From assembly GCF_018350175.1 (NCBI RefSeq), contig NC_058368.1:146818001-146882000 (forward strand): a DNA stretch of 64,000 bases, written 5' to 3'. Below, in pieces: positions 49,233 through 63,340 of this stretch. This DNA comes from Felis catus (lineage: Eukaryota). The notes beneath the pieces were generated by a model. It had not been told where the DNA came from. It did not search any database and was given only the letters and a program-made list of their open reading frames with translations. A program made the position numbers and the translations under genes. The first letter of the stretch is position 1; each line of letters begins with the position of its first letter.

Positions 49233-52200
49233 CAAAGCTCACTGCCCTTACCAAAACTTAACTATTTTTTCTTGAATAAACACTCCTTGGATTCTGGCGT
49301 GTATTAGTTAACTTTCAGAGGTCTGAGAAAGTTGGTTTTGTCCGTGTTTTCTTTACTTGTATGGAGGAGTGGATTTTTGGAGATCCTTATCCTACCGTCC
49401 CAGAAACCTGTCTCTTCAACAGCATCTTTATAGTCTCATTTCCTGCCAACCTTGATCAAGCATGTTATTTAACATCAGTGAGCCCTAATCTCCTCATCTG
49501 TAAATTGAAAACCATAACATAAGCCTCATCGGGTTACTATAGATAATGAAAGAGAAGTTACCAAGCTCTGTCCCTTGATTGTTAGGAGAGGTTGTTTCTC
49601 CCTTCCCTCTTTTGTACTTCTAGTTCATTTTGCACCATTGAAATATTTCCAGAGTCTAGCTTAAAAACCAGAAGTGATGATTCATTCTTGCTAAAATCTA
49701 CTACTCTGTTTATCTCTCTGTGCCTTCCATGTTTGAATCCATACCCTGCCATTAATGCTTGGTTCCTGCCAACCTGTTTCATCCAATTGTGCTTGGAGTA
49801 CATATGGAGTACATATGGAGGTTGTTTTCAACTATTTATCTGTTTATTTTCTGGGTTTTCTTCTCTTTTATCTCTGCTTTCTCACTGATACCCTGCACAC
49901 TAGTTTCCCCCCTCCTTCCCAAACCAGAGCAGAATCAATGAATCAAGGCATTTCTTTACTGAAAGGCAAAAGAATTTGGTCCCTGTTAGCAGAGCTGTTT
50001 CTGGATCTCCTATGCCTTCAAAGCTCTTCTGTCCTTATCCTATACACACTTCAGGACCTAAAGTTCTACCATCTCCTTTAGCTCTTCATTCATACCCATT
50101 TTGACACTCAGTCTATTTCTGTACATGATTGCAATCAGTTTATTTAACTACACTATCTTTTGGTCTTTTTGATTGCTTTATGACTAAAGCTTTGGCAAGG
50201 TGTATATATTAGCATATCAGTCCAATGTACAAACATGAGAAGAAAATACAATTTTCAAAGGTTTGAGTATGAAAATAGGCAGTATTTCAGAGAGGCATTA
50301 ATAAAAAGAATTTTTGTGCAGTTTGTTCCTGCATAATTTTGCCCACGGCTTCTAAAATAAAAGTGAGTTATCTTTTAAGCAATGCCATTCGGAAAATGTA
50401 ACTTTAGATACTATCAATTAAATGACTGCTGTAAATGATTAGGAATGAATTGCGCACACAATTTGCTACTTCCTATCAAACAACTTTATACTGCTTTTGT
50501 CAAGCATATTACTACTTTTTACATTTTCAAGGTTTATAGTCTATCCATTCTTAAACCGACCAAAATATGTACATACTTTTAAGATGATAAATACATTTTG
50601 CAGCATTTGTCCTATGGATGCAAAGTCGACTCCATGGCAAGGCCATACCATAACTGATAAAACCTATGTCCTGTTATAGGACATGTATAATAGTTTCCAT
50701 TTTTCTTAAACGATATTCTGATGATTTTCCCTAGCAAGTTTTGCTCACTAATTTTCCCATCCTTTCTTCCTTATCTTCATGAAGAAAAAACAGAGAAAAG
50801 TTAAAAAACATTAAGTCTGGGTAATCATTGGCTATCATGTTGACCAAGCATACAGGAATTTCAATTAATGTATACTAAACCTACCATAGTTCACCCATAA
50901 AATTAAAATGTAAATGCCTTTCTCCCCGGGGTTTTGAAAGTTGCATTTAGATAATATCTGAAAAAGATAGACTATCAAACCATTGCAGTATATTACTAAT
51001 TTCATTGTTGAGGCAGTTTTATGAAACCACTGCCACCATAGCACCACTTTTATGCTTTATTACTTTTGGACGTAAATGACTACTTACAAAAACTGAAAAC
51101 ACTATGAAAATGTCACGACAGTCCTGGGCTCTACACATCCCTAGCTTTATAGACTCCAGTGGATCATGAGGTTGCAAAGTATGCTGTCATTAGGAATTCC
51201 TGACACATCTTTTTGGAACAATACATGATAATGATTTTTTTCAAATATTTCATTTACTAACTATTGTGTTATGAATTATAAACCTAAAAATTTAATATGC
51301 AGATTATTTTTCCTGTAATTGCAGTGCAATCCCACCAATTGTAGTGATGGCATTTTGTGTGCTTAAAAAAAATGGTCATAGTCTCTACATGTACCTTGTA
51401 AATACAGATGTTAAAATAATCGCTTGTAGCTTGTTAGTGCCTTTCATGATATTTCCAAAATTTGCACTGAAATACATAACTTCACAGAATGGATTAAGGT
51501 TGGAGGATTTTATTTCTAAGAATCCACCTGAATATGTACTTACGTTAAAGAAGAGATCATGTGCATTAATAATTCAAAAGGCAACCATTTATACTTGCCT
51601 CATTAAAAAAACTCTTCACTGAATCTGTTGAGTGGAATGTCTGTATATTACTGAAGTCTCTTCACCTTTAGCTTTCGTCTTCTGTTTAGAAGTGTTTAAC
51701 AGAGAAACAAATGCTACTGTAAATATGCCACAACTTTGCAAGGGATAGGCAGTTAAGCAAACATGTAGCAAGATCCTACTATGTAGCGAGCACTATAGAG
51801 GGTGCTGGAAGCCCCAAGATCAATGGTTGGTGGTTTTTGTGTCTAATGAGTTTATAGTTTGGAGAGAGAAACAGATCCATGAACAAGTTATCTTGATATA
51901 ATTGTCTTAAATTAGTATTTAGGCAGAAACATTACAAATACTTTGAGGAACAGAGTATTGACCGTGTCTGGTAAGATGAGGTAATGCTTAAACTCAGTTT
52001 TCAGGGATAAAAACTAGCCACATAGAGGGTGGTCCATGAAGTTAGAAGTCTCACCATGGCCAACATGTTGGATGCAGTTGCACAGGCTGTGCCCTGAAGT
52101 CCAGCTCCTGATGATCTGCCTTGCTCTCATACGCTGTTTTGTAATTCATCTGCCCAGAGGAGGCACCTTTCTGTAATCTCTCTGTTGAGTGTGGCTCCTT

Positions 52201-53229
52201 CTTGTGTTGGTTCACTCAGAAGGGGCACTTATACATTTATACAAAGTATTTATATAAATTATGCCATTTTTGTGACGGTACTGTACTGTTAACCTTCCAC
52301 TGTTGGTCAGAGGACTAGAACTTCTCTTGGTATCCTCTTTAACTCACAAATTTTCTAAGATCTAACATCCTTTACCCTCTCTTCCGGAAGCTTCCACAAA
52401 TCCTGAGATTTCCTGCTAGCAAAGAGCTAGCAGATTCAGAAGCTGACGGAAAGGGCTGATCTGAGCTCTGGGCTGTCTCTCTGGTCTAGATCAAAGTTAA
52501 TACAAACTGAAGGAAACTTGGGCAACTGGCTGACTGCTCAAGGGAATGGTTCTCAAAAGGCAACAGCTGCATATTTAGTTAGATTCCAGAAAAGTTAGCT
52601 TCCAGGGACTAGTGGTTTCCTTACTTTCTTTTTTTTCTACGTGTTATATACCTTCCTCCCAACAGTTTCCTTCCAGAGCTTCTGCCAGTGGAAAACTTCT
52701 TCTGCCATAACTGAATCTTTCTATCTTCCGTTGTTCTCAGGCTCTGTTTATGTTTCTGCATTGGATGATTCACATCTACTTTTCCCTGTGAAGCCTTGGG
52801 AGAGGGAAGAGGCCCCTGGAGGAAACAACTGGAAAAGTTCAGGGAGCTAAATTCAGACAAGGTGTGCATATAGGGAAAACAGATTTAAATTTGGAAATAT
52901 TATACTACCATGTGTGTATATGCTGGAAATCACTTAGAAAAGAGTGCTTTGGAAATACCTAGGATAGTGGCCAGTACATACAGTCATGAATGAAGGATTC
53001 AGATAGAACGAATCTCTGGGATATAGGTCTGTGGTACCGGTAATGAATAGTGTGCAGTACAGTATCAGAACTCCAGCAAAGACAGAAGCCTGGTCAGTCA
53101 CTGTATTTGAAGTTGTTAGGCAAATATTAACCTCATAGATACTAAAAGATTGATAGTAAGTAGTTTGAATTGCTGTTCTGCTCCTCAAGGGAGACAAGAG
53201 AAGACCGTTAAGAGTATTCAAAAGCCTTT

Positions 53230-53333
53230 GGGACACTTGGCTGGCTCAGGCAGTAGAGGGTGTGACTCTTAATCTCAGGGTCGTGAGTTTGAGCTCCATG
53301 TTGGTTGTAGAGTTTACCTAATAATTTTTTTTT
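53230..53333 (+). mobile_element. Old short carnivore SINE
   Basis: gggacacttggctggctcag...cagggtcgtgagtttgagc. 20-bp TSD aagagt(a/g)ttcaaaagccttt. Confidence 0.85.
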
Positions 53334-53347
53334 AAAGAGTGTTCAAT

Positions 53348-53571
53348 GGGCGCCTGGGTGGCACAGTCGGTAAAGCGTCCGACTTCAGCCAGGTCACAAT
53401 CTCGCGGTCTGTGAGTTCGAGTCCAGCCTCGGGCTCTGGGCTGATGGCTCAGAGCCTGGAGCCTGTTTCCGATTCTGTGTCTCCCTCTCTCTCTGCCCCT
53501 CCCCCGTTCATGCTCTGTCTCTCTCTGTCCCCCCAAAAATAAAATAAACATTGAAAAAAAAATTAAAAAAA
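53348..53571 (+). mobile_element. Young SINEC_Fc
   Basis: Full element; TSD aaagagtgttcaa at 53334 and 53572. Confidence 0.97.
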
Positions 53572-53763
53572 AAAGAGTGTTCAAAAGCCTTTAAATTTCT
53601 TACTAGGTGTCTCTGAGGAGCTCTAAGGAAAAGATTGCAACCTGGGAAGCATGATTTTGAACAGAAGTTGTGTGATCTTTGGGAAGTCCCAACCCAGTAA
53701 AGTCTTTTTTTACTTAAAGGTTGGACACATAAGTCTGATCCTTAGTCAAGAAACCCAGCAGTA

Positions 53764-53992
53764 GGGGCGCCTGGGTGGCGCAGTCGGTTAAGCGTCCGAC
53801 TTCAGACAGGTCACGATCTCGCGGTCTGTGAGTTCGAGCCCCGCATCAGGCTCTGGGCTGATGGCTTAGAGCCTGGAGCCTGTTTCCGATTCTGTGTCTC
53901 CCTCTCTCTCTGCCCCTCCCCCGTTCATGCTCTGTCTCTCTCTGTCCCAAAAATACATAAATAAAATAATAATAATAATAATAATAAAAATA
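53764..53992 (+). mobile_element. Young SINEC_Fc with (AAT)n tail
   Basis: Full element; TSD aagaaacccagcagta at 53748 and 53993. Confidence 0.98.
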
Positions 53993-54678
53993 AAGAAACC
54001 CAGCAGTAGCTGTTCAGCAATCAACTGGCAAGTAAAATAATACATTTTGGAGAGGAAAAGTGCTGGGATAGAATTATCCAGACAAATTGGAGGAGGAGAT
54101 AATTTGATCAGGGCTCCTAGAAGAGAGGTTATTATTGACATGTAAGCATGACCTAGAGAGACGGAACAAATACTGCTCCTTAGAGTAGGCAGGTTCAAGT
54201 TAATTTTTGGCAAGGTGACCAAAATTCTGCAGACACTCTGCCACCACCTTCTACACCACCTTATGGCAGTGTTTCATAGGTGCAGGCTGAGGATCACTTG
54301 GAGCACAAGCACTGGGGATACTGTGAAATGTCTGGCCTCTAGATCGTACCCTAGGTTTGCAGCATTGGTATCTCTGAGAGTGACATGGGAAAATCTGACT
54401 GTTTTTATCATGACCCCGAGTAATCCCAAGTCTATTAGCACTTAAGAATCCATGACTTACAGCATACTGTGTGCTGTACAGTAAGAGAGGTGAACATTGA
54501 AGAGTCTGTTTCCATAAAGAAGCTACAGATGTAGACTCTGAGATGCAGGTATTCCATGGTGTGCAGATGACTCTTTGTGAGAAGACTACAGAGACATATT
54601 GCTACTTGAGAATAAGAGTACTTCTACCAAGTCAATATGCTTTTCACTTCAGTTTTTCTTCCTTTAAAAATCATCAGA

Positions 54679-54898
54679 GGGGCGCCTGGGTGGCGCAGTC
54701 GGTTAAGCGTCCGACTTCAGCCAGGTCACGATCTCGCGGTCTGTGAGTTCGAGCCCCGCGTCGGGCTCTGGGCTGATGGCTCAGAGCCTGGAGCCTGTTT
54801 CCGATTCTGTGTCTCCCTCTCTCTCTGCCCCTCCCCCGTTCATGCTCTGTCTCTCTCTGTCCCAAAAATAAATAAACGTTGAAAAAAAAATTTTTAAA
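54679..54898 (+). mobile_element. Young SINEC_Fc
   Basis: Near-consensus with CpGs intact; TSD aaaaatcatcagag at 54666 and 54899. Confidence 0.98.
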
Positions 54899-55039
54899 AA
54901 AAATCATCAGAGAGTTTTATATAGATGCACTGGGAGTGAATAGATGAGAAAAAGGGAAAGAATTCTGGTATTTACATAGTCGCCTGCCCATAATTAAAGT
55001 GATACATGTGCATAAATAAATTACACTGTATATCATGGT

Positions 55040-55210
55040 GATAAGTTTGCAAATTTGGAACCACTAGCTCTTTGGGAAAAAGTCCTAATGTGTAAAATTA
55101 GCTTACTTTTGTGGTGTAAATACTTGCATGTTGATCAATTTCAAACTACCACAAAGTTCCTAAAATTTTAATAAGTCCATTCTTACGAACCAGTATAAGC
55201 CAGCTCTGCT
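55040..55210. mobile_element. MER63-like hAT remnant
   Basis: gtggtgtaaatact...atttcaaactacca...gaaccagtataagccagctc resembles MER63. Confidence 0.55.
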
Positions 55211-56176
55211 GATTTTATATGTAAACTATTGTATTTATATCTGTTATTTCAAAGTTAACTCTGAAACACTGTAGTGAACAGTACCTACTTTCTTCTCCAG
55301 GTCCCTGCCAACATTCATATTTCCATGCATTTTCCCCCTTTTGCTGCTCTTTGTGCACCATTATGATTTTGATGTGTTAGCGTGGCCAGTACACTTCTCA
55401 GATAAATTGTTTTTCTAGAGTTACACATCTTGAATGTGATTTGAACAGGAACAAAAAGACCTTACAATAGTGATGGAAAACTAACAACTGCCAGATGAAG
55501 GAAGTTGAAGTTATTTTTTAAAAGTATTTATAAAGCTAATGGCATCAATATATCAGACACGATCTGATTCTTTAAAAAAAAATCTCTTCTGAAAAATAAT
55601 TGGGTTCATAGGCTTGGAGAATAAGAAGGTATCTGGCTCATTGCTAGAAAACTCTAAATAACTGTGTTTGATATTCGCTGAGAATTGGAGGCTGATGGGC
55701 TCTGGCAGCCAATGGGTCTGGTAGGGAAATAATTGTTGTATAATTTTCTGGAGAGAGGGAAGTCATGGGAGAAATCTGGGGAGTTCTTAGAACAGTATCT
55801 AAAGATAACTACATAATACTTCGCGGAGTTGGAGAGGTTAGTGAAAAAGGTATATTTTGAGGAAGCTCCAGAAGATAATTGTGACTTAATTATTGTGGTA
55901 CCATCTATGGGCTGCTACCCCTTCCTCTGCCCAATCCGCCCTCCCTTATGAAGTATTTAGGTAGGACATAGGCAAATATTGGATTAGAGGTATGATTAAT
56001 TCAGTTCTACCTGAAAATGTCAGTTTTATAGGAAGGTAGCAACTAGGAATTTAATTTTACAAAGCATCATTAAATAGTTCTTCTATTGAGTAATTCAGCT
56101 AAAGTAATGTGGGCTAATTAGTGGGGAGGGATATTGTGGTGAGATTGGCTAAAAAATGTGAAATACATGGATTATA

Positions 56177-56709
56177 TGTAGAGGACTGAATTGTTGAGGA
56201 CTGAATTGTATACCCTTCCCTACCCCCAAATTCACAATTTGAAGCCTTAACCCCGTGTGTGACTGTATTTGAAGCCAGGGCCTATAAGGAGGTAATTAGG
56301 GTTAAATGAAGTCATAAGAGGGGCCCTAATTGAATAGGACTAGTGTCCTTAGAAGAAGAGGATGGAAGAGCTCTCTCCCACTGTCCCTCCCTCCTTTCCT
56401 TGTTTCCTTCTCTCCTTGTTTCCTCCCTTTCTCCCTGTTACCCTCTCCCACTCTCCCCTTTTCCTTTCCTCCCCACATGTCTCTGTCTCTCCTTCTTTCC
56501 CCCTCTCCTTTGCTCCCTGTCTTCCCCTTTTTGCCTGTGTGTGTGCGCACACAGAACAAAGGCCCAAGAAGAGAGCCTTCACCAGAACCCAACCTCTGAG
56601 GCCTTCGTCTTGGACTTTGTGATACCAAAACTGTGAGAAGGTAAGTTTCTGTTGTTTAACCCACCCAATCTGTGATATTTTGTTATGGCAGCCTGAGCAG
56701 ATTAATACA
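56177..56709 (+). mobile_element. MLT1A-like MaLR solo LTR with CT-rich expansion
   Basis: ggactgaattgt...gtaattagggttaaatgaagtcataagag...gatattttgttatggcagcctgagcagattaataca. Pyrimidine tract at about 56370-56532. Confidence 0.88.
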
Positions 56710-56899
56710 TATGTATTATAAAATAATGCATATTAGTACTTGCAAGCATATAAAATAATTACAGATGGGCTGCATATTTGTTTAACGCTATGAAAACAAT
56801 AACAGCTTATACTTCCTGAATTCTGCTACTGCTGCTTGTTTGTCTTCTGTTTTGGCCAGGCACAGTCTCAACCTCTCTGCTAGTATCAACCCATTTAAG

Positions 56900-57075
56900 T
56901 GTCACAAGGCTATTAAGCTGGTACTCACATTTCTGTTTTTCCTGTGTTACAAAATGAGGAGATGGGAGGCACAAGAGTTTTAGGAACTTACTGAATACCA
57001 CGAACTAAGTAAGTGGTAGCATCTTTGAACCCATCATTTGGCTCAAGAGTAGAAGCTCTTACCTACCATGCTGTA
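56900..57075 (-). mobile_element. MIR remnant
   Basis: ttacaaaatgaggagatgggaggcacaagag...tttgaaccc...gctcttacctaccatgc. Confidence 0.65.
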
Positions 57076-57564
57076 AGAGCAATGTATTTGCAAATTATAA
57101 TAATTCTGTGCTTCTATAAAGTTTTATTTTCCTAAAAGCAAATTACCCACCTAAATTGCTTATCATTCTCGACCACTAACCTACCATTTGTACAAGTTAT
57201 TTCCAGGGGAATTTTGGTGAAGGGTAATAGTAAAAATTCATCTAAGCTTCTTTAAAAATCCATTCCTGTTGGTCCCTACCCTTACTTTAGCCAGAGCGAG
57301 CCCCTGCTATTGATAGGAATTATCACACATCCCAAGAGTGCAGGGAAGGGAGATGTTTGAGAACAACTGGTTGATACCATTAGATTTTTTAAAATAATAA
57401 TGAGGGGGCTGAATGAGTCTCTAGCCCATGAGCTCTACTTACTTGACAGCACATGCAGTAGAGTCTGTATAAACATAATTACTTGAATAACAAAAGTGTT
57501 TTTGGACACCCAACAGTACCTAGGAGTGTGAGTCAATCAGAAAAGTTAAGTCAATATCCATTTT

Positions 57565-57775
57565 TTAAATTTTTTTTAATGTTTATTTATTTTTGAGACA
57601 GAGACAGAGCATGAATGGGGGAGGGGCAGAGAGAGGGGGAGACACAGAATCAGAAGCAGGCTCCAGGCTCCGAGCCATCAGCACAGAGCCCAACGTGGGG
57701 TTCGAACTCAAGGACCATGAGATCATGACCTGAGCTGAAGTCGGATGCTTAACCGACTGAGCCACCCAGGCCCCC
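57565..57775 (-). mobile_element. SINEC
   Basis: Full element; TSD gtcaatatc(c/t)atttt. Confidence 0.97.
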
Positions 57776-60700
57776 GTCAATATCTATTTTCAATGAGTTT
57801 CCACGATACTGAGAAAACTCTAATATGCCTTGGAGAAAAAATGTAAATGGGAGGAAAATATATTTCATAGTGGAGATGAAAATAATTTAAGGCAGGACTC
57901 TGTTGTCTAGTGATCTGTGTTGTTATAAATAGAGATTTTACTCTCCCAAATATAAGGTGGGTTTTAAAACGAACAAGTACATAACTATGCTAGGTTCTTG
58001 TGTATATTCCTAAATGTGGTAGCATTAAAAATAAAAAGTGAAGCCAGAAATCACATGGTAAAGAAAAGTAGCTTATTGTCCAAACTCTGGTTAAGGTTCT
58101 GCTATTGAACAGAATCAGTTGATTTCTAAGAATAAATAATGATGGATCTGTAGGGTTCATTAATTTACTCTGGTGCAGGTTTTCTCTGTGGCCTGTAACT
58201 TTCTCCTACAGTTCGGTGACTGCAGTTTGTGATAGGTTCTGGCTTCATAAAAAGGAAGAAAAGGCTGACTACTGCCCAGTTCTTTTTTTTTTTTTTTTTA
58301 AGTATCTATAACTAATACCTCCACCCCCACCCCCCAACACACACATTTCCTGGCTAGAACAAAGGGTGACTTTGGTAGTCATCAAGATCCTTCCTGTTTT
58401 TGCTATATTTGGTGTTTTGCTGCATTCTTCTTTCTGGCTTGTCAGCTCCTTCAGATCCTCAGTCTTGCCTATTTGCTTGAACTTTGAACTTCCATTGGCA
58501 CCTTGTTGGAGTAGTTCTGTTCCTGTCTCTGACAGTGTAAGATGTTTAGTATTTCTGACGATTCTTCTTTTTTCATTGAATAACTACCCAAAGGTTAACT
58601 TATGGTTCCAATAATTAGAACTATTTTTTAAAGTTATGTGAATTCAAAGACTTGGTAGTTCTTTAACTTCTTTTTAGCTTACACATCTTACTATTGTAAT
58701 TTGTAAGTTTGGCAACTTTTAACCATCATTTTGAATTACTTTTGAAATAATATTTGGCACCATTTGAAACTTAATTGACATCTTCAAATATACTTAGCTG
58801 AATTTATAGATTATATACTATATGTTGAATATTCTTCTTAAATATTTCACTTGTGCAAAAGTACAGTCGTGCAAAATAAAAAAATCATCTTTCTGAATAG
58901 TAAATACTTCCAATTAATATGACAAACTTACAAATACCTTCAATTTTCTTAATAATTGCACAAAATGGCATAACTTTAATTGAACTTTGTCCTGTGACAC
59001 CTCCTCCTCAAAAACCTTCTGCTTTCTGCTTGGTTTCTACTTTGCTGCTGTGTGCTGGTGAGACTCTACTATAGAGGAAAAGCCATGTAAATGTGGATAT
59101 CCCTCAGTGCAGTTCTTATCTCCAGTTTAATAATTTTTTTCAAAGTTTTAATTGTTTTATGTGGGAGAGTTACTCTGATACCAACTACTTTGTCATTACT
59201 TGAACTGGACCTCTCAGACCAGAGACTCTCAATAAATATAAAATAGAGACTGAGGAAATAAAGATATCACAGATAATTACCCAACAACAAATAATATCTT
59301 CTTTCATAGTCAAAGGTGGAAGATTTAAATGTAGAATTCACACATGTCTTGGGTCATACTGATGAAGTAAAATGTTTGAAATTTTGTTTTGCGGGCAGCG
59401 AAGCTCTTGACTTCCTGGCAAAACAGAAGGGAAGCTGCCGTTTCATTTGTGTGACCAGTGGTGCTCTGGACTTGGCAGTGGCTCAAAACTGGTCTTCCAG
59501 CTCCTTGGCCTAGAACCTATGCTGTGTTTTGTTCTTCCTTAAGTGGCTTAGATACCTGACAAATAGAAGATGACTGGTCTTTTAGCCTGCAAAAAAAGAG
59601 TGCATACGCCTTAAGCATATCAGGGCTCTTACAGACTTTGATAACTCTAAATTCTGTGAGTTTAAACTTGGGAGAGAATTTGTCATTACTCCATTTGAAA
59701 CTTACATTCTACTAAAATGCCTCCTTTAATGCTATGGATAAAAAAATAGCAAGGAAGAAGTACAGAGAAGGATGGTGGAGAAAACAATTTTCAACAAAAC
59801 ATTACACATCAAATGTATCTGAGAAAAAGGAACAAAGAAACCTAGGGAGCTGGGATAACCCGCTCAAACAAAAGAGTAACCACTTTTGTGAACCAGTCTA
59901 AGCCAGTTTGGCTCAACAATGTCACATCAGATAAATAGAGATATGTGGGAGGCTACCTTTGATGTTCCCGGGTGATACTTGATGTTGAAAGCAAGTCTTA
60001 GCCTAAACCCCAGTTCTGCCTAATGTATAAACCTTTATTAATGAATAGGAAAAAACATATGCATCAAATCTGTTCTTGATTTCTCTGGAACATCCATCTC
60101 TCTGTCCTTAGCCACTCTGACAGGTAGCGTACATGAAAAATTTAACCTGAGGCCAATGCTACAATATTTTGATGGCCATGTCAGTCACTGGTTACTGGGG
60201 TCAAATGACAGAGTTGTTCCTGAAATGGAGTGGCCCAAGGCCTTTGGAGTCTTGAATATCAAGTGATTGCCAATTTGGGTTTGTTGAATTTTTATGCCAT
60301 CTTCATTTAGTCTCGCATTTAGCCAACCATATATTTCAGAAATCATTCATTTTAGCAATGAAAATTTACTGCTGAGTTTCTTTGTGATTAACAAAATTTC
60401 TTGTAAAGATTTTGAGAAAATATTTGAAATGCCTAAGTGTACTTTCTGAGTGTGGATTCCTCTTTAATCTATTTCAAATGCTAACTGGATGCCCTTGCCT
60501 TGAGTATTAAAGTTAACCCATACCTGTATATATTACACTGCTTACTGATGGATTTTAAAAGCAATTTACTTCACAGATTATATAACAACTCTTGATGACA
60601 ATCAGATTTGTCTAGAATCCCTTTGCCCAAATGAACAGATCTGAATCACGACCCATGCACTGAGGGTAGACATTGCTAATGAATAATTAACAGCTTTCTG

Positions 60701-62849
60701 CTAGGATTAAATACAGATTCACCGTCTTCAGCACAGGCAGCCATTACCAATCCAAACGTTCAGTCCAGATAAAACTTGTCATCCTGGCCTTCGTCTTCCT
60801 CAGTTTAATGTCTAATGTTTATTTTATTTAAATTTTTAGGCAATAACTGACCCTCTCCATTTCACATAGTGCATGACAGCAGCTTCAGGCAATACACGTT
60901 TGACATTTGTAGACAAATAAAGTGGGAGGCAATTCTGTCCTGAGTATTACTGCTTTGAGAAGTCAACATTGCAGATGATTGCTTCAGAGCTGTAGGAGCA
61001 AGAGACCGCCTATCAGGAAAATAGAGATAATTACAAACAACAATCACAGCTGCTAGCAACAGCACTCATAACACATCATCAGAGTGAAAAGATTGCAACT
61101 AATGCATCAGACATTGAGCCACACTCAGTCACCTTGATGGACCCAGAGCAGAGATGATCTAAAGACAAAGCCAGCACTAATAGGGGAGGTGGAAACTAAA
61201 GTCCAGGGTTTGCCTCGCATGAGAAATTCTTACTCATTTCAGAATTCAGGCCCAAAGACTTAGCTCATTTTGCATAAGAGATTTATTATCTAAAGATTAC
61301 TTATCAATCAACTCTGCAAGCTTTCTTAACATACTTGAACATTTCCTATAGAAGGCACTTGAATCATTATGCTTATTTTTCCCAACTGTATAAAGAACCA
61401 CCCTTCATGTAGGTATTGTGCCCTGCACTCTAGTTCCAAAGCCATTTAGGAAACATTTCATTGCTCCTTGACAGAGATAAAGAATTTTCAGTAGCCAAGG
61501 CTTAGTTAAGTTTGACTCTTCTCCAGAAAAAGATAATTATGATTTATTAAACAATATTCATTTTTGGAAATACTCATTTCATTTCCTGTGAAGCATTTTA
61601 AATATTAGGATTATTTTGTAGCATTTTTTCCTTTAATTTCTTTTGCATCAGTATCTTACCAAACTCCCAAAAATAACCAGCAACCATGACAAGTCAACTA
61701 ATGAAACAAAACATGCATAAAAATAGTAATAGCATAAGTCGAATAGATTAAATTCTGATAAAATCGTATTCTGCTTTGAAATAAGCAGTATAATCAGAAT
61801 ATATAAAAATTTATAAATAAGGTAGAGGAGGATAATATTGCCATCATTCTTTTTCTTTGTGTTCCAAATCTGCATATCCTATTAACATAAATTATTTGCA
61901 TTTGCAATGTTTGTCACTCACAGAAAAGATGTTTTGATTTTAGCAAAGTGTTAGTAATGTGTTTGCTTAAGGGACACCAAATGCAAAAATATATAGATGA
62001 ATTTAGTTTTTGTTAAATATGGGTTAACTGGTCTATAGCGAGATGTAACTGGAAGTTTGTATTTGAGAGATGAAAATACACATATTAGTTACAGCCTTGG
62101 CCAGAAATGAGCTTGCATGGAGAATGTATACAGCATCATCTCTGATACTAAGGTAAGCAAACAATGGTGTGTGTGGATTTAGGTAACTTAATGAGAAGGG
62201 GGGATATTAAGGTAATTCCTGCATCATTGCTGCTTCTGTTTGCTCTTAGAAGAAAGGTGAGGTTAGTTTCAAAACTCCTAGTGACAATTCCTTTTTAGAA
62301 GTGTCAAAAGTAGCCCCGTTTCTTTTTCAAATCTTACTGTGTTTTTTTTTGCCCCCGTAAACCTGATTTCCCTACTGTTGATGTAGATTTTGGAAGGAAC
62401 TTTCTAGAAAACATACTTTTTCCATGCTCCTGGACTATACTCCATGCTCCTGTGCAGATAGGTCATGAGTAAAGTGATGACCATGGGAAAAACTGCACAT
62501 GTTCCTTTCCTACCTTTTGCATGGGTGCCAATTCATCAACAAACTAAAGAACTTTTACATATATCCAAGTGCATTCTACATATAAACTATGTTAAGCATT
62601 GTCACATATAATATTTACGTGATCTGAATGATAATCCCGAAAGAAGAAAGGGAAGACATTCTTACTATTAATCAGACTCTAAAAGCATCTCCTATTTATA
62701 AAGCATCTTATAATATGCAAAATGTTTTCATACAGTCTTCTTATTCCAGCTTCAAACAAATTACCATGGTATCAGGACAATTTGCAAGAGATATAAGTGT
62801 GAGTAGTTAGTATTCACAAAAGTTGTTCAAGGTCACTTATGACCAAATA

Positions 62850-63340
62850 AGTACAAATTAAAATTACCAGAAAACATTTTCACTTGTCAAATAATTGAGG
62901 AAATGATATACTCCGTTTTGTCAAGGGCATGTGTTGGTAAAAAGGGTACTATTATAGGCTGATGGTGAAGTTATCATTTGTTATACCCTTTCTGAATGAT
63001 TATTTTGGCACTAGGAATTCACTCAAGGTAAATGGGAGATATAAACAAAGGTTTCTGTGTAAATGAATTCATTACAGAGCTATTTATAATACACAATATG
63101 AGAGACCACATTTATTTGGGTAAATGTAATTAGAGGTAGCCATTTTGGACCATGGGGAAATCTTGCCAATTGAGACCTTACAAAGGGAAACAAAAGTTGG
63201 AAGAAGCCTGGGAGCAGAGTGGCCCTAATCATCCACACTGCCCTTCCTTAGAGTTGTATATGAGAAAAATAAAATGCTTGTGTAAGGTACTATTCTTTTG
63301 GGATTCATTTGTTACAGCCCAAACTAATTTTGACTGATGT
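62850..63340 (+). mobile_element. Degraded L1ME 3' fragment followed by MLT1-like LTR end
   Basis: gaattcattacagagctatttataat (L1ME-like) and tgagaaaaataaaatgc...tttgttacagc (MLT1-like). Confidence 0.45.

Noticed and set aside
56326..56636. Five overlapping ORFs
   Set aside because: Caused by a CT-rich low-complexity tract inside the MLT1 LTR.
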